Origin: an archaeon
Lineage (GTDB): Archaea > Undinarchaeota > Undinarchaeia > Undinarchaeales > JBDRKL01
DNA length: 64,000 nt
NCBI GenBank assembly: GCA_043814055.1
Contig: JBDRKL010000007.1
Span: 62,766-126,765, forward strand
Direction: 5' to 3'
The number at the start of each line of letters is the position of its first letter. Position 1 is the stretch's first letter. The notes under the pieces were generated by a model, which saw only the letters and a list, made by a program, of their open reading frames with translations, was not told where the DNA came from and searched no databases. A program made the position numbers and the translations under genes. Shown here piece after piece: positions 29,043 to 39,220 of the stretch.

Positions 29043-29692
29043 AGATAAAAGCAGTTTTAATGGATTTGGATCATACCCTTTATGATTATCACGCATGCAA
29101 TGACGCCGGGATGGATGCGGTTTTTGGATTTATAGAGAAGGAATACAGCAAAAAGCGCGATGATGTTGAGAAGATTTTCTACGCAGCGCGGAAAAAGGTC
29201 AAGATGGATTTATTGGGGGCAGGGGCTTCGCACTCGCGGCTCTTGTATTTCCAAAAAATGCTTGAGGAGATTGAAGGGACTACAAATCCAAAAACAATAC
29301 TTGAGGTTTATAACTTGTTCTGGGACACTTATTTTGAAAAAATGAAGGTTCCGGATGGTATCAGGAAACTGCTTGAGCACATCAAGACAAAAAAGGTCAA
29401 GATTGTGCTGGTCACTGATTTGACTGCGAGGGTTCAGATGCAGAAGCTTGAGAAAATGGACCTTGGCAACTTGATTGACTTTGTGGTAACTTCAGAGGAA
29501 GCAGGAAGGGAGAAGCCAGCCCCGTATATTTATTATCTCGCGCTTGAAAAGGCAAAGTGTGATATTGACGAAGCCATCTTCATAGGGGACGACTATGACA
29601 AGGACATTGCAGGCGCAGAGAATCTTGGGATTAAAAATTTTAACTTGAGCCACAACTCGGACTGGAAAGAGATTTGGGCTCTGTTTGAATGA
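29039..29692 (+). CDS. HAD-superfamily phosphatase
   Basis: DLDHTL, SEEAGREKP, IGD..DKDIAGA. Confidence 0.88.
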   Translation: MKIKAVLMDLDHTLYDYHACNDAGMDAVFGFIEKEYSKKRDDVEKIFYAARKKVKMDLLGAGASHSRLLYFQKMLEEIEGTTNPKTILEVYNLFWDTYFEKMKVPDGIRKLLEHIKTKKVKIVLVTDLTARVQMQKLEKMDLGNLIDFVVTSEEAGREKPAPYIYYLALEKAKCDIDEAIFIGDDYDKDIAGAENLGIKNFNLSHNSDWKEIWALFE

Positions 29693-29747
29693 TACTGGAG
29701 CACTAATTCACCACATATTTAAATGGAAAAATGTTCCAATCGCTAAA

Positions 29748-30830
29748 ATGATAAAAGTAGATTTGATAAACGGCATAAAAACCGAGAACCCCTATGGGTT
29801 TAAAGTGTATGTTGATGAAATAAACCAGCTGCTAAAGGAGGAGGTTGAGATAAACGAGATACTTTATACTCCGAGCAAGAGCCAGATTGTCCACTTTTTC
29901 CAGAGGTTTGTGGAGTATCCGCTTAGGATAATGGCGGGAAAGCAAAGAGGTGCAATAAAGCACATAACCACACCGGATCTCGCATATCTTTTAAACATGT
30001 TCAGGTTTAGAAACTGCCTGATAAATGTCTACGACGTCACGTTTCTGGAGAGGATAAAAGACTACAATATAGTGGTTAGGTTCCTGCTGAGGCTCAATGT
30101 TATGGGCATAAAGAAGGCAAAACATATTGTAACGCTTAGTGAGTACTCGAAAAGAGATATACACGAAAAAATTGGAGTGCCTCTGAATGACATAACCATT
30201 ATAGTGCCATCTCTGAATCACAAAGTGCATAAAAAAAATAGGAGCAAGGAGATACTGAAAAAGTATGGAGTAGAGAAAAAAACTGTTGTTATGTACGTTG
30301 GGTCAGAAGAGCTCAGGCAGAACATGGACAAGACACTTAGAATGCTCAAGGAAATAAAAAAGGATGTCAAGGATGTGGTTCTTGTAAAAGTTGGAAACCC
30401 CCAGTGGAGCGGGGGCAGGGAGAATACCTTGAGAATTATCAAAGAACTCGGGCTTGAGAAGGATGTGATTATTGTTCCGATTGAAGATTCGCAAAGTGCA
30501 GAAAGCCTGAGTAAGTTTTACAACGCAGCGGATGTGCTTGTGTATCCATGTGCGTACACTGGATGGGGGCTCCCCCCTCTCGAGGCAATGGCGTGTGGAA
30601 CGCCTGTTGTTACTTCTAATACAACCTCGCTGCCAGAGGTTGTTGGAGATGCAGGGATTATGATAAAGCCAGATGACATCAAAGCGTATGCGTCAGCAGT
30701 AATCAAAGTACTTAAGGACAAAAAAACTAGGGAAAAAATGATAAAAAAAGGATTGGCAAGGGCGAAAAAGTTTACATGGGATGCATCAAGTAAAAAAATG
30801 CTTGCTGTATACAAGAGATTGGATAGCTGA
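29748..30830 (+). CDS. GT4 glycosyltransferase
   Basis: [28 protein letters not shown]; start moved to ATG 29748. Confidence 0.88.
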   Translation: MIKVDLINGIKTENPYGFKVYVDEINQLLKEEVEINEILYTPSKSQIVHFFQRFVEYPLRIMAGKQRGAIKHITTPDLAYLLNMFRFRNCLINVYDVTFLERIKDYNIVVRFLLRLNVMGIKKAKHIVTLSEYSKRDIHEKIGVPLNDITIIVPSLNHKVHKKNRSKEILKKYGVEKKTVVMYVGSEELRQNMDKTLRMLKEIKKDVKDVVLVKVGNPQWSGGRENTLRIIKELGLEKDVIIVPIEDSQSAESLSKFYNAADVLVYPCAYTGWGLPPLEAMACGTPVVTSNTTSLPEVVGDAGIMIKPDDIKAYASAVIKVLKDKKTREKMIKKGLARAKKFTWDASSKKMLAVYKRLDS

Positions 30831-30912
30831 TACAGACTTCCATTTGTATGTGGTTACAATGGTCAATGAGAAAATTAATAAAAATAGGATAATTACGAAA
30901 TAAGTTAATGAG

Positions 30913-31761
30913 ATGGCGAAACTAAAAGTAAAAGAGATAAAGTGTGAAATTTGCGGCTCTAGTGAACACACTTTGTACAGGAAAAATTCTAATTTGGACA
31001 TCGTGAAGTGCAAAAGCTGTGGTCTTATATATGTAAACCCACAGCCAACTCTGGAATACTTGAAGGATTTTTACAATGAGGGGGAATATCGGCAGGAGCG
31101 ATGGGATTATGTTCCGCCTTACATTGGACTTGTCAAAGAAGGGTATAAGAAAGTTACCAAGTTTTTGAATGAAAACATAAAGGCAAAGAAGCCAAAGCTT
31201 CTTGACATAGGAAGCGGGTTTACACATGAATATAATGTTTTAGAGACGCAGGGCTGGTCCGTCTTGGGCACAGAGCTTTCAAAAACATTCGTCAACGCGG
31301 CAAAGAAGAAGGGCTTAAACGTTGTGTATGGCGACATGCTGAAAATGAAATTGAAGGCTAGGGACTTCAGTGCGATAATAATGATGGCTGTTTTTGAGCA
31401 TTTGACAAATCCACGCGAGTACCTGAACGAGTGCAAGAGGATTTTGAAAGATGATGGTATTATTGTGATAAAGATACCAAACCTTAATTACACGCTTATG
31501 AATTCAACAAAGCTTTCGCTGGCCGAGCAGATGCACCTATTCCATTTCACTCCGAAGACCATCAAAATGCTCTTAGAGGATTGTGGTTTTGAGGTTATAA
31601 AGAATGAACCAGTGCTTGAATGTGGTTCTGAGCACAAAGCAAAACATTTTGCCATGGTCGCTTGGGATAAGGCGTCCTGGGCAATATACAAAATGACTGG
31701 GATTCACACTAATCTACAGATGACTGTTTACGCGAGGAAAAATAAAGAATTTAACAGTTAG
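30913..31761 (+). CDS. Class I SAM methyltransferase with N-terminal Zn ribbon
   Basis: CEICG..CKSCGL, LLDIGSG, VFEHL, IPN. Confidence 0.85.
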   Translation: MAKLKVKEIKCEICGSSEHTLYRKNSNLDIVKCKSCGLIYVNPQPTLEYLKDFYNEGEYRQERWDYVPPYIGLVKEGYKKVTKFLNENIKAKKPKLLDIGSGFTHEYNVLETQGWSVLGTELSKTFVNAAKKKGLNVVYGDMLKMKLKARDFSAIIMMAVFEHLTNPREYLNECKRILKDDGIIVIKIPNLNYTLMNSTKLSLAEQMHLFHFTPKTIKMLLEDCGFEVIKNEPVLECGSEHKAKHFAMVAWDKASWAIYKMTGIHTNLQMTVYARKNKEFNS

Positions 31762-31838
31762 GACGGTAATGCAGATATCGGTTTCGGCAATTAATTATTC
31801 ATAAATTATATAAATGCTATTTTTAAGTACTTGAGCTA

Positions 31839-32648
31839 ATGATAAGTGCAACTACTGTGTTATGCATATCTATAGCGGAGAAACCCGGGACTTTTGGCTC
31901 TCTATTCCACAACAGGGCCTACGAAATGCTCGGATTGGACCAGGTTTATATCCCAAGGAAGGTTGAGGCAAAGAAGCTTGAATCAACCATTGCTTCAGTT
32001 AGGGCTTTGGGAATAAAGGGGTGCAGCGTCTCCATGCCACACAAGGTTGAAGTTATGCAATACCTGGACAGTTTTGATAGTTCTGCATCAAACGTGGGTG
32101 CTGTGAACACAATCGTGAGACAGGGTGATGGGACGCTTAAGGGTTATAATACGGATTACTACGGAGCGAAAAAAGCGCTTGAAGAAAATGCAGATGTTGC
32201 GGGGAAAGATGTTCTTATGATAGGCGCTGGCGGAGCTGCGAATGCAATTGGTCAGGCAGTAAAGGACCTTGGAGGCAATTTGAGCATTGCGAACAGGACT
32301 GAGGAGAAGGCAAAGGAGCTGGCGGATAAGCTGGGTGCAAAAACAATTGCCTGGGGTGACTTGACGAGTTCAAAAGGATACCTTTTGATAAATGCAACTT
32401 CAATTGGTATGAAGGATTCAGATACAATGGTCGTTTCCAAGGAAACGCTTAGTAATTTTGAAGTTGTAATGGACGTAGTTATATCACCACCTAAACCGAA
32501 GCTGATTCAAGAGAGTGAGGCTCTTGGAAAGAAGACTATCCCTGGTACATATATGTGCACTTATCAAGCTGCTGAGCAAGTAAAACTTTACACCGGGCAG
32601 GATGCTCCTGAGGAATTGATAAAAAAGACATTGGAGGAATTTGCATGA
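31839..32648 (+). CDS. aroE: Shikimate dehydrogenase-like protein
   Basis: SVSMPHK, GAVNTI, NTDYYG, GAGGAA, NRT, NATSIG. Confidence 0.75.
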   Translation: MISATTVLCISIAEKPGTFGSLFHNRAYEMLGLDQVYIPRKVEAKKLESTIASVRALGIKGCSVSMPHKVEVMQYLDSFDSSASNVGAVNTIVRQGDGTLKGYNTDYYGAKKALEENADVAGKDVLMIGAGGAANAIGQAVKDLGGNLSIANRTEEKAKELADKLGAKTIAWGDLTSSKGYLLINATSIGMKDSDTMVVSKETLSNFEVVMDVVISPPKPKLIQESEALGKKTIPGTYMCTYQAAEQVKLYTGQDAPEELIKKTLEEFA

Positions 32649-33112
32649 CCAAAAAATACAATTTTGTTCTTGATGTTGACGGGGTTTTGACAACCGGGCA
32701 GTTTTTGTACTCACCCAATGGGAAGGAGTACAAAGTTTTCGGCCCACACGACGCGGATGGGCTTGAGCTGATAAAAGATGAGGTTGAGATATTGTTCATA
32801 AGCGCGGACAAGCGCGGCTACCCGATTTCTGAGAAAAGGGTGAAGGATATGGGATACCCTATAGAGCTTGTCACTGCTGCAGAGCGTTATGAGTATATTG
32901 AGAAGAAATATGGATTTGAGAACACAATTTTCATGGGCGATGGCATAAATGACGTTTCGCTCTTGAAAGCGTGCAAGCTTGGAATTGCTCCTGCAAATGC
33001 AAGGGTTGAAGCAAAAGAAGCGGCAGACTTTGTTACAGAGTCAAATGCGGCAGAGGGTGCGGTTTGCGACGCGTGCATTGAAATAAAGAAGAGATTTTTG
33101 GAGGAAAAATGA
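32645..33112 (+). CDS. KdsC-like HAD phosphatase
   Basis: DVDGVLT, D..GL, MGDGIND, GAV. Confidence 0.8.
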   Translation: MTKKYNFVLDVDGVLTTGQFLYSPNGKEYKVFGPHDADGLELIKDEVEILFISADKRGYPISEKRVKDMGYPIELVTAAERYEYIEKKYGFENTIFMGDGINDVSLLKACKLGIAPANARVEAKEAADFVTESNAAEGAVCDACIEIKKRFLEEK

Positions 33113-34704
33113 GTGATTACAAGGTTTGTATTCTGGCTGCAGGTGTAGGAAGCAGGATTGGAGCAATGTCAAATCATATTAACAAGGCTATTCTGCCTGT
33201 CAATTTTAAGGCAGCAATCTCATACATAATTGAGAAGTTTAAGGAGGATGTGGAAATTGTGGTTGCAGTTGGGCACAAAAAAGAAACTGTTATTGATTAT
33301 CTTAGCATAGCGCACCCTGAGAGGAAATTCACTTTTGTTGAAATAGATAAATATGTCGGTCCAGGTACAGGACCGGGGTACTCGCTTTTGCAGTGTAAGA
33401 AAGAATTGAACAGCCCATTTGTGTTTTTTGCAGCAGACACTATAGTGCTTGAAGATATTCCACCTGTTGACGAAAACTGGTTCGGCATAGCTCCGGTGAA
33501 GGACACAGATAAGTACTGCACGGCAAAGATAAAGAACAATCTGGTTGTTCAGCTTGACGATAAGATAAAGTGCAGTAATAAATTCGCTTTTATTGGACTG
33601 GCCGGCGTTAAAGACCATGAGGTTTTCTTTTCCGCTCTGGAGAAAAACAAGGACGTGATAAGTGGGGAGATACAGGTGTCAAACGGGTTTAAAAAGCTGA
33701 TTGAGAAAAAATTAGTTCCGGTTGGCTTCACATGGTTTGATACTGGCTCTGAGAAGAATTATGCTGAAACCTGCAGGAATTTTGCAGGAGAGGACGCAAA
33801 ATTCGACTTCAGCAAGGGAGATGAGTTCCTGTACTTTGTAAATGGTCGGGTGATAAAATATTTTGCAGACCCGGAGATTGTAAAGAAGAGGGTTGAACGT
33901 GCGAATAGGCTGAAAGGCCTATGCCCTGAGATAGATACCCATAAGAATAATTTTTACGCTTACAAGAAAATTGAAGGACAAACATTGTATTCCGTTCTGA
34001 ACAACCAGGTGTTTGCAGAATTTCTTGAGTGGGCCAAATCCAATCTTTGGAAAAAGCAAGAGCTGTCCGGAGAAAAGTTGAAAGAATTCAAAGAGGCCTG
34101 CAACAAGTTTTACAGAGACAAGACAGAAAAGCGACTGAAGATGTTCTATGAAAAAACCGAGATTGAAGATTCCAAGAGTGTGATAAACGGGATAAATGTT
34201 CCGCCGCTCAAGGAACTTATTGATAAATTAGATTGGGATTCAATCTGCGACGGTACACCATCCAATTTCCACGGTGACCTTCAGTTTGACAATATTTTGA
34301 TAAGTGAAAATCCTAAGGATGAGCTAGATAAATTCGTGCTTCTGGACTGGCGGCAGGACTTTGGTGGCTTGACAAAGGTTGGGGATTTGTATTATGACCT
34401 TGCAAAGATGTATGGAGGTATGATAATTTCATACAAACTCATAAAGGAAGGTATGTTCTCAGTGGATGTGAGCGGGGCTAGTGTGCATTACAATTTCCAC
34501 ATAAAGAACGACTTGATAGAAGCAAAAGAGATGTATGAGAAATTTGTGGAAGCGAATGGGTTTGATTTGAGGAAGATACAGATAATCACTGCGCTCATAT
34601 TCCTCAATATGTCCCCATTGCACACGGATCCGTTTGACATTCTGCTATACAACCTTGGAAAGAATATGCTGAATCGGTGCCTAAATGGAGTTAAGACAAA
34701 ATGA
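33109..34704 (+). CDS. Nucleotidyltransferase fused to an APH/choline-kinase-like phosphotransferase
   Basis: N-term LAAGVGSR, WFDTG; C-term HGDLQFDNIL, LLDWR, YYDLAK. Confidence 0.82.
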   Translation: MSDYKVCILAAGVGSRIGAMSNHINKAILPVNFKAAISYIIEKFKEDVEIVVAVGHKKETVIDYLSIAHPERKFTFVEIDKYVGPGTGPGYSLLQCKKELNSPFVFFAADTIVLEDIPPVDENWFGIAPVKDTDKYCTAKIKNNLVVQLDDKIKCSNKFAFIGLAGVKDHEVFFSALEKNKDVISGEIQVSNGFKKLIEKKLVPVGFTWFDTGSEKNYAETCRNFAGEDAKFDFSKGDEFLYFVNGRVIKYFADPEIVKKRVERANRLKGLCPEIDTHKNNFYAYKKIEGQTLYSVLNNQVFAEFLEWAKSNLWKKQELSGEKLKEFKEACNKFYRDKTEKRLKMFYEKTEIEDSKSVINGINVPPLKELIDKLDWDSICDGTPSNFHGDLQFDNILISENPKDELDKFVLLDWRQDFGGLTKVGDLYYDLAKMYGGMIISYKLIKEGMFSVDVSGASVHYNFHIKNDLIEAKEMYEKFVEANGFDLRKIQIITALIFLNMSPLHTDPFDILLYNLGKNMLNRCLNGVKTK

Positions 34705-35699
34705 AAGCTGATCTGGGCCTTGGCCCTATGAGTACTGAGATAATTGAAGCAGTTTTCAAGTATTCACATTACTACAGAACCGAACTTATGCTCATAGCTT
34801 CAAAGAATCAAATCGATCACGCTGGGGGGTATGTGAACAATTGGAACACCAAGCAATATATGGAGTTCATTAAAGAAATGCGCAAGAAGTATGCAAATAG
34901 TTTTGTTAAGATATGTAGAGATCATTGTGGTCCTGGGTTTAATGGCAACTATGAGCTGGATGATACTTATAAAACAATAAAAGCAGACATAGCTGCTGGG
35001 TTTGATTTGATACACATAGACTTCTGTAAGTTTAAAGGCAGCCAAGATGAAATGTTTGAAGAGTCAAAGAAAGCAATTGAATACTGCAAAGAATTGAATA
35101 AAAATATACTCATAGAAGTTGGAACAGATGAAAATGAGGGAATGGAGTTTACTGTAAATGAACTAGGCGTAATTGAAAGGGACGTAGAATTTTTCAAGGA
35201 TTTTTGTGAACCAGAGTTTTACGTTGTTCAGACTGGCTCATTGGTTAAGGAAATAACCCAAGCAGGAACTTTCAACAAGAAATTTGTTGAGAAAATTTCA
35301 AAATTTCTGCATGACAATAATATCAAGTTGAAGGAGCATAATGCAGATTATCTTTCAAAGCAGGAAATATTGGACAGACGGGGCGTAGTGGATGCGATGA
35401 ATATTGCGCCACAACTAGGGGTTGTGCAGACCTCGCTTGTACTTAACAAGTGCTTGATGTACGGGATAGATTTTGATGATTTTGTGAATGTTGTTTATGA
35501 GGGGAAGAAGTGGGAGAAGTGGCTTGATAAGAATTCTCCTGAAAACAAGTTTCTTTGTGCAGTCACAGCAGGACACTATCATTTTGCTTCAGATGAATAC
35601 AAAACAATAATTGAAAAACTGAGTGAGTGTGAGGATATTAATGAAAGTATCATAAATGCAATCATGGAGGTGATTGATTATTATGAAAGTGGTAACTAA
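34701..35699 (+). CDS. GatZ/KbaZ-like TIM-barrel ketose-phosphate epimerase/aldolase
   Basis: IASKNQID..GGY, DHCGP, GFDLIHID, EVGTDE, KEHNADY, NIAPQLG. Confidence 0.65.
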   Translation: MKADLGLGPMSTEIIEAVFKYSHYYRTELMLIASKNQIDHAGGYVNNWNTKQYMEFIKEMRKKYANSFVKICRDHCGPGFNGNYELDDTYKTIKADIAAGFDLIHIDFCKFKGSQDEMFEESKKAIEYCKELNKNILIEVGTDENEGMEFTVNELGVIERDVEFFKDFCEPEFYVVQTGSLVKEITQAGTFNKKFVEKISKFLHDNNIKLKEHNADYLSKQEILDRRGVVDAMNIAPQLGVVQTSLVLNKCLMYGIDFDDFVNVVYEGKKWEKWLDKNSPENKFLCAVTAGHYHFASDEYKTIIEKLSECEDINESIINAIMEVIDYYESGN

Positions 35700-36060
35700 A
35701 CCATGGGGGAAGGAGATTTGGATTGAGCTAAACGACAAATACTGTTACAAACGCATTTACATCAATGCCGGAACCAAAACGAGTTTCCAGTACCATGACA
35801 AGAAACTGGAAACCAATTACATAATTGAGGGTGAGGCAGAGGTCTGGCTTGAGAACGATAAGGGCGTTGTTGAAAAAAAGAAAATGGGAAAAGATGATGT
35901 CTTCACAGTACAGCCGCCAAAGAAGCACCGCGTAATTGCAATCACAGACATAATTCTGCAGGAGGTTTCGACTCCGGAAGTTGATGATGTGATTAGGATA
36001 GAGGATGATGCTGATCGGCCTGATGGGCGCATTGAATCGGAGCACGAAAGTGCAGAATAG
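35683..36060 (+). CDS. Cupin (mannose-6-phosphate isomerase type II-like)
   Basis: KPWGKE, SFQYH..K.ET, HRV, EVSTPEVDDVIRIED. Confidence 0.8.
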   Translation: MKVVTKPWGKEIWIELNDKYCYKRIYINAGTKTSFQYHDKKLETNYIIEGEAEVWLENDKGVVEKKKMGKDDVFTVQPPKKHRVIAITDIILQEVSTPEVDDVIRIEDDADRPDGRIESEHESAE

Positions 36061-37566
36061 ATGAAAATTGATAAGAGATATATATTCAAACAGACGTTTT
36101 GGATGTATACATTTGCATATCTTGCAGCACCTCTTGGATATCTAATACGAGTTATATATGCGCGGAGCTTTGCGGTTGAGGAGTTCGGACTGATTTATTC
36201 AATAATTGGATTAATCAGCTTAATTAGTATATTCAACGACTTTGGGTTTACGGAAACCCTGAATTACCATGCGACGCGGTTTTATGAAAAAAAGGAATAC
36301 AGCAAAGTAAAGGGCTCATTGATATTTGCGTTTCTAATGCAGTGTAGTACTGCTTTAATTTTGGCATTGCTGTTTTATTTCCTAAGCCCATATCTTGCGG
36401 AGCACTACTTTAGAACAGAGATAGCAGTATCCACATTCAGATGGTTTCTGCTTTACCTGATATTCTTCAATATTTCAAGGCCAATCATTCAAATATTTGT
36501 TGCCACACACAATTACTATTATGGAAACCTCGCAGAGTTTTTGAGAAATGTAATGGTTCTAGTGCTTTCAGGGTTGATGATTTTTTATGCCCCACTGAAG
36601 ACTACTGATTATGTTGGAGCGGTTTGGGGTATAAGCGTTTTTAGTTTAGTAGCTTTATTTTATTTTTTAAGCAAGAAGAAATTCCCTGAGATTTATAAGT
36701 CAAAGGCAGATTTGAGCCGAGGGCTTTACAGAAAATTGTTTAACTATGCTATCATCGTTATAGTCGGAAATGGCGCCATGATTTTCTTGTCTACGATGGA
36801 TGTGGTGCTGTTAACTTACTTACGAAATTTGTATGAGGTTGGGCTTTACAGCATTGCCCTTGCTCTTGCCCTTGTATTGACAACGCTGACTGGCCCAATG
36901 GTTGGAATTGTATTTCCGTTGGTTTCAAAACTTAATGTAAATAAGGACAATGAGGGGATAAAGAAGATTATAGGAATTGTGTACAATACTGGACTATACT
37001 TAATACTACCTGCCTTGGTGATTTTTGTGGTGTATCCAAGTGAGATTATCAGTCTGCTCTTTGGAGGGAAGTACACTCTAGCGGCTAATGCCCTAATTGT
37101 ACTGTCTTTTGCTTACTTCTTAAACGTGTTTGGCTCATTTAATTTTCAAATGATGGCAGGTCTGGGTTTGATAAAAGAGCGGATGAAGATATTTTATATT
37201 TCAGCATTTGTTAATTTCGTTGCAGATGTCGTATTGATACTGAGTTATGGCATGATCGGGGCAGCATTAGGCACATTGATAACTATGGTTGTTTTGTTTT
37301 CACTAAGCTATCATTTAATTGCCAGGAGGTTTGCGGTAATACTTAACAAAAAAGCCATTGGAAAGACTGTAGCAAGCAGCATTTTGATATTCTTTATAAT
37401 ATATTTCTTAAAAGGCGCCATAACTACCAATATTTTTATAGAGATTGGGATTATATTGGCAATTTCAGGAAGCATTTATGCTAGTATAGGTCACTTTTGG
37501 GGGATACTTGATTATAGAGAACTATTGAAAATGATTAAGGAGGGTCGCACGAAAAAGAGTGGATAA
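36061..37566 (+). CDS. Oligosaccharide flippase (Wzx/MurJ/AglR-like)
   Basis: About 14 TMs, EEFGLIY..DFG, VGLYS, YGMIGAALGT. Confidence 0.88.
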   Translation: MKIDKRYIFKQTFWMYTFAYLAAPLGYLIRVIYARSFAVEEFGLIYSIIGLISLISIFNDFGFTETLNYHATRFYEKKEYSKVKGSLIFAFLMQCSTALILALLFYFLSPYLAEHYFRTEIAVSTFRWFLLYLIFFNISRPIIQIFVATHNYYYGNLAEFLRNVMVLVLSGLMIFYAPLKTTDYVGAVWGISVFSLVALFYFLSKKKFPEIYKSKADLSRGLYRKLFNYAIIVIVGNGAMIFLSTMDVVLLTYLRNLYEVGLYSIALALALVLTTLTGPMVGIVFPLVSKLNVNKDNEGIKKIIGIVYNTGLYLILPALVIFVVYPSEIISLLFGGKYTLAANALIVLSFAYFLNVFGSFNFQMMAGLGLIKERMKIFYISAFVNFVADVVLILSYGMIGAALGTLITMVVLFSLSYHLIARRFAVILNKKAIGKTVASSILIFFIIYFLKGAITTNIFIEIGIILAISGSIYASIGHFWGILDYRELLKMIKEGRTKKSG

Positions 37567-37606
37567 ACCATTAAGTTTATAATCCACTATAAAGTAGAGG
37601 AGTATA

Positions 37607-39220
37607 ATGGACGTGTTGTTAGTAATTCCAAAGTATCTTAATCAGATAGAACCACTCTATGATTATCCTACTGCAATTGGACTGAGTTATATATCCGCTG
37701 CTTTGAAGGGCGCTAAGCATAATGTAAAATGCCTAAACCTCAACCAGGAAAAGGGTTACCCAAGGGATATATTGACAAAAGCTCTTGATGAGAAGAAATA
37801 TGATATTGTAGCCACTGGCGGAGTGGCAACGCTTTACAACATGCTTGAAATAATTCTAGATACTGCCAAAAATCACAAGTCAGAACCAAAGACTGTGCTT
37901 GGCGGATTGATTATAACAACAGAACCTGATTTGATATTTGACGCCCTAAAACCAGATATTGGAGTTTTGGGAGAGGGTGAAAAAACAATTGTTGAGTTGC
38001 TGGACTACCTTGAAAAAAAGAAGGACCTGAAAAAAGTTAATGGCATAATGTATCAGACGGAAAATGGAACAGTTAGAATAAATGAAAAACGAGAAGTGAT
38101 ACAGGATTTAGACACAATACCGTTTCCAGACATGGAAGGAATCGGATTTCAGGAACAATTAGACCACATGCACACCAACTTTGGCTACCAAACGTCTATA
38201 ATGGACAAGCCAAGTGTGTATCACATTTTAACCAGCAGGTCGTGCCCGTTTCAGTGCACATTCTGCTACCATGACAGCCACTACAGGACACGAAGCATAA
38301 AGAACGTGATGGAAGAGCTTAACCAGGTTATTAAGAAATATAAGATTAACATTTTAATAATATATGATGATTGTTTCGCAATTAACAAGGAAAGGATAAA
38401 AGAATTCTGCATAGGAATCAAAAAGATACAAAGCGAGATAGATTGGGAGCTAAAGTGGCACTGCCAGTTAATGGTTAGCACTGTTGACAAAGAGCTGTTA
38501 AAAACTTTAAAAGACGCTGGCTGCTACATGATTAGCTATGGGTTTGAGAGTTATAGCCCGATAGTTCTTAAGAGCATGAGAAAGAACATAACTCCCGAGA
38601 AGATAGATTTTGCCCTAAAGGAAACCATAAAAGCTGGGATAAATTTGCAGGCGCACTTTATTTTTGGAGACATAGCAGAAACAATGGAAACTGCAAAAGA
38701 AACGCTTGACTATTGGAAGGAGAATTGTGAGGGCCAGGTATACCTGAATTTAATCGGCGCCTACCCAGGCAGTTACATATATAATTACTGTGTTGAGAAG
38801 GGATTGATAAAAGATAAGCTTGATTATATCAAGAACCGAGTTGCATTGGATCCAACATTTAATATGACGGAAAAAATGACGAATGGAGAATACAATAAGC
38901 TGAAGCGGGAGGTTAGATCCATGAAAAAATATCTATACCCAACAGTTCCAAAAAGCATGAAAAAAGAAGGGTTCCAAACGTACTCATTAAAAGTTGTTTG
39001 CCCCTTCTGCAAAAAAATAAACGAATACAAAAATTCGCTCATATTCAAGCCATGGAATTTTAATATGGATATTTTGTGTAGGCACTGCTACAAGAAGTAT
39101 TTAATAACATGCCGCTTGCATAAAATAGCGTTCCAGCACTATTCATTTTTCAAGCCTATAATACAGGTGTACAACTACATTTTAATGAATATTGGGAAGA
39201 GAAAGATGAACAAGACCTAG
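37607..39220 (+). CDS. B12-binding radical SAM protein with C-terminal Cys pairs
   Basis: GEGE, TSRSCPFQCTFC, GFES, CPFC..CRHC. Confidence 0.88.
   Translation: MDVLLVIPKYLNQIEPLYDYPTAIGLSYISAALKGAKHNVKCLNLNQEKGYPRDILTKALDEKKYDIVATGGVATLYNMLEIILDTAKNHKSEPKTVLGGLIITTEPDLIFDALKPDIGVLGEGEKTIVELLDYLEKKKDLKKVNGIMYQTENGTVRINEKREVIQDLDTIPFPDMEGIGFQEQLDHMHTNFGYQTSIMDKPSVYHILTSRSCPFQCTFCYHDSHYRTRSIKNVMEELNQVIKKYKINILIIYDDCFAINKERIKEFCIGIKKIQSEIDWELKWHCQLMVSTVDKELLKTLKDAGCYMISYGFESYSPIVLKSMRKNITPEKIDFALKETIKAGINLQAHFIFGDIAETMETAKETLDYWKENCEGQVYLNLIGAYPGSYIYNYCVEKGLIKDKLDYIKNRVALDPTFNMTEKMTNGEYNKLKREVRSMKKYLYPTVPKSMKKEGFQTYSLKVVCPFCKKINEYKNSLIFKPWNFNMDILCRHCYKKYLITCRLHKIAFQHYSFFKPIIQVYNYILMNIGKRKMNKT

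Noticed and set aside
30831-30913. AATGAGA direct repeat upstream of the methyltransferase
   Set aside because: No central anti-repeat or paired stems; AT-rich promoter-like DNA.
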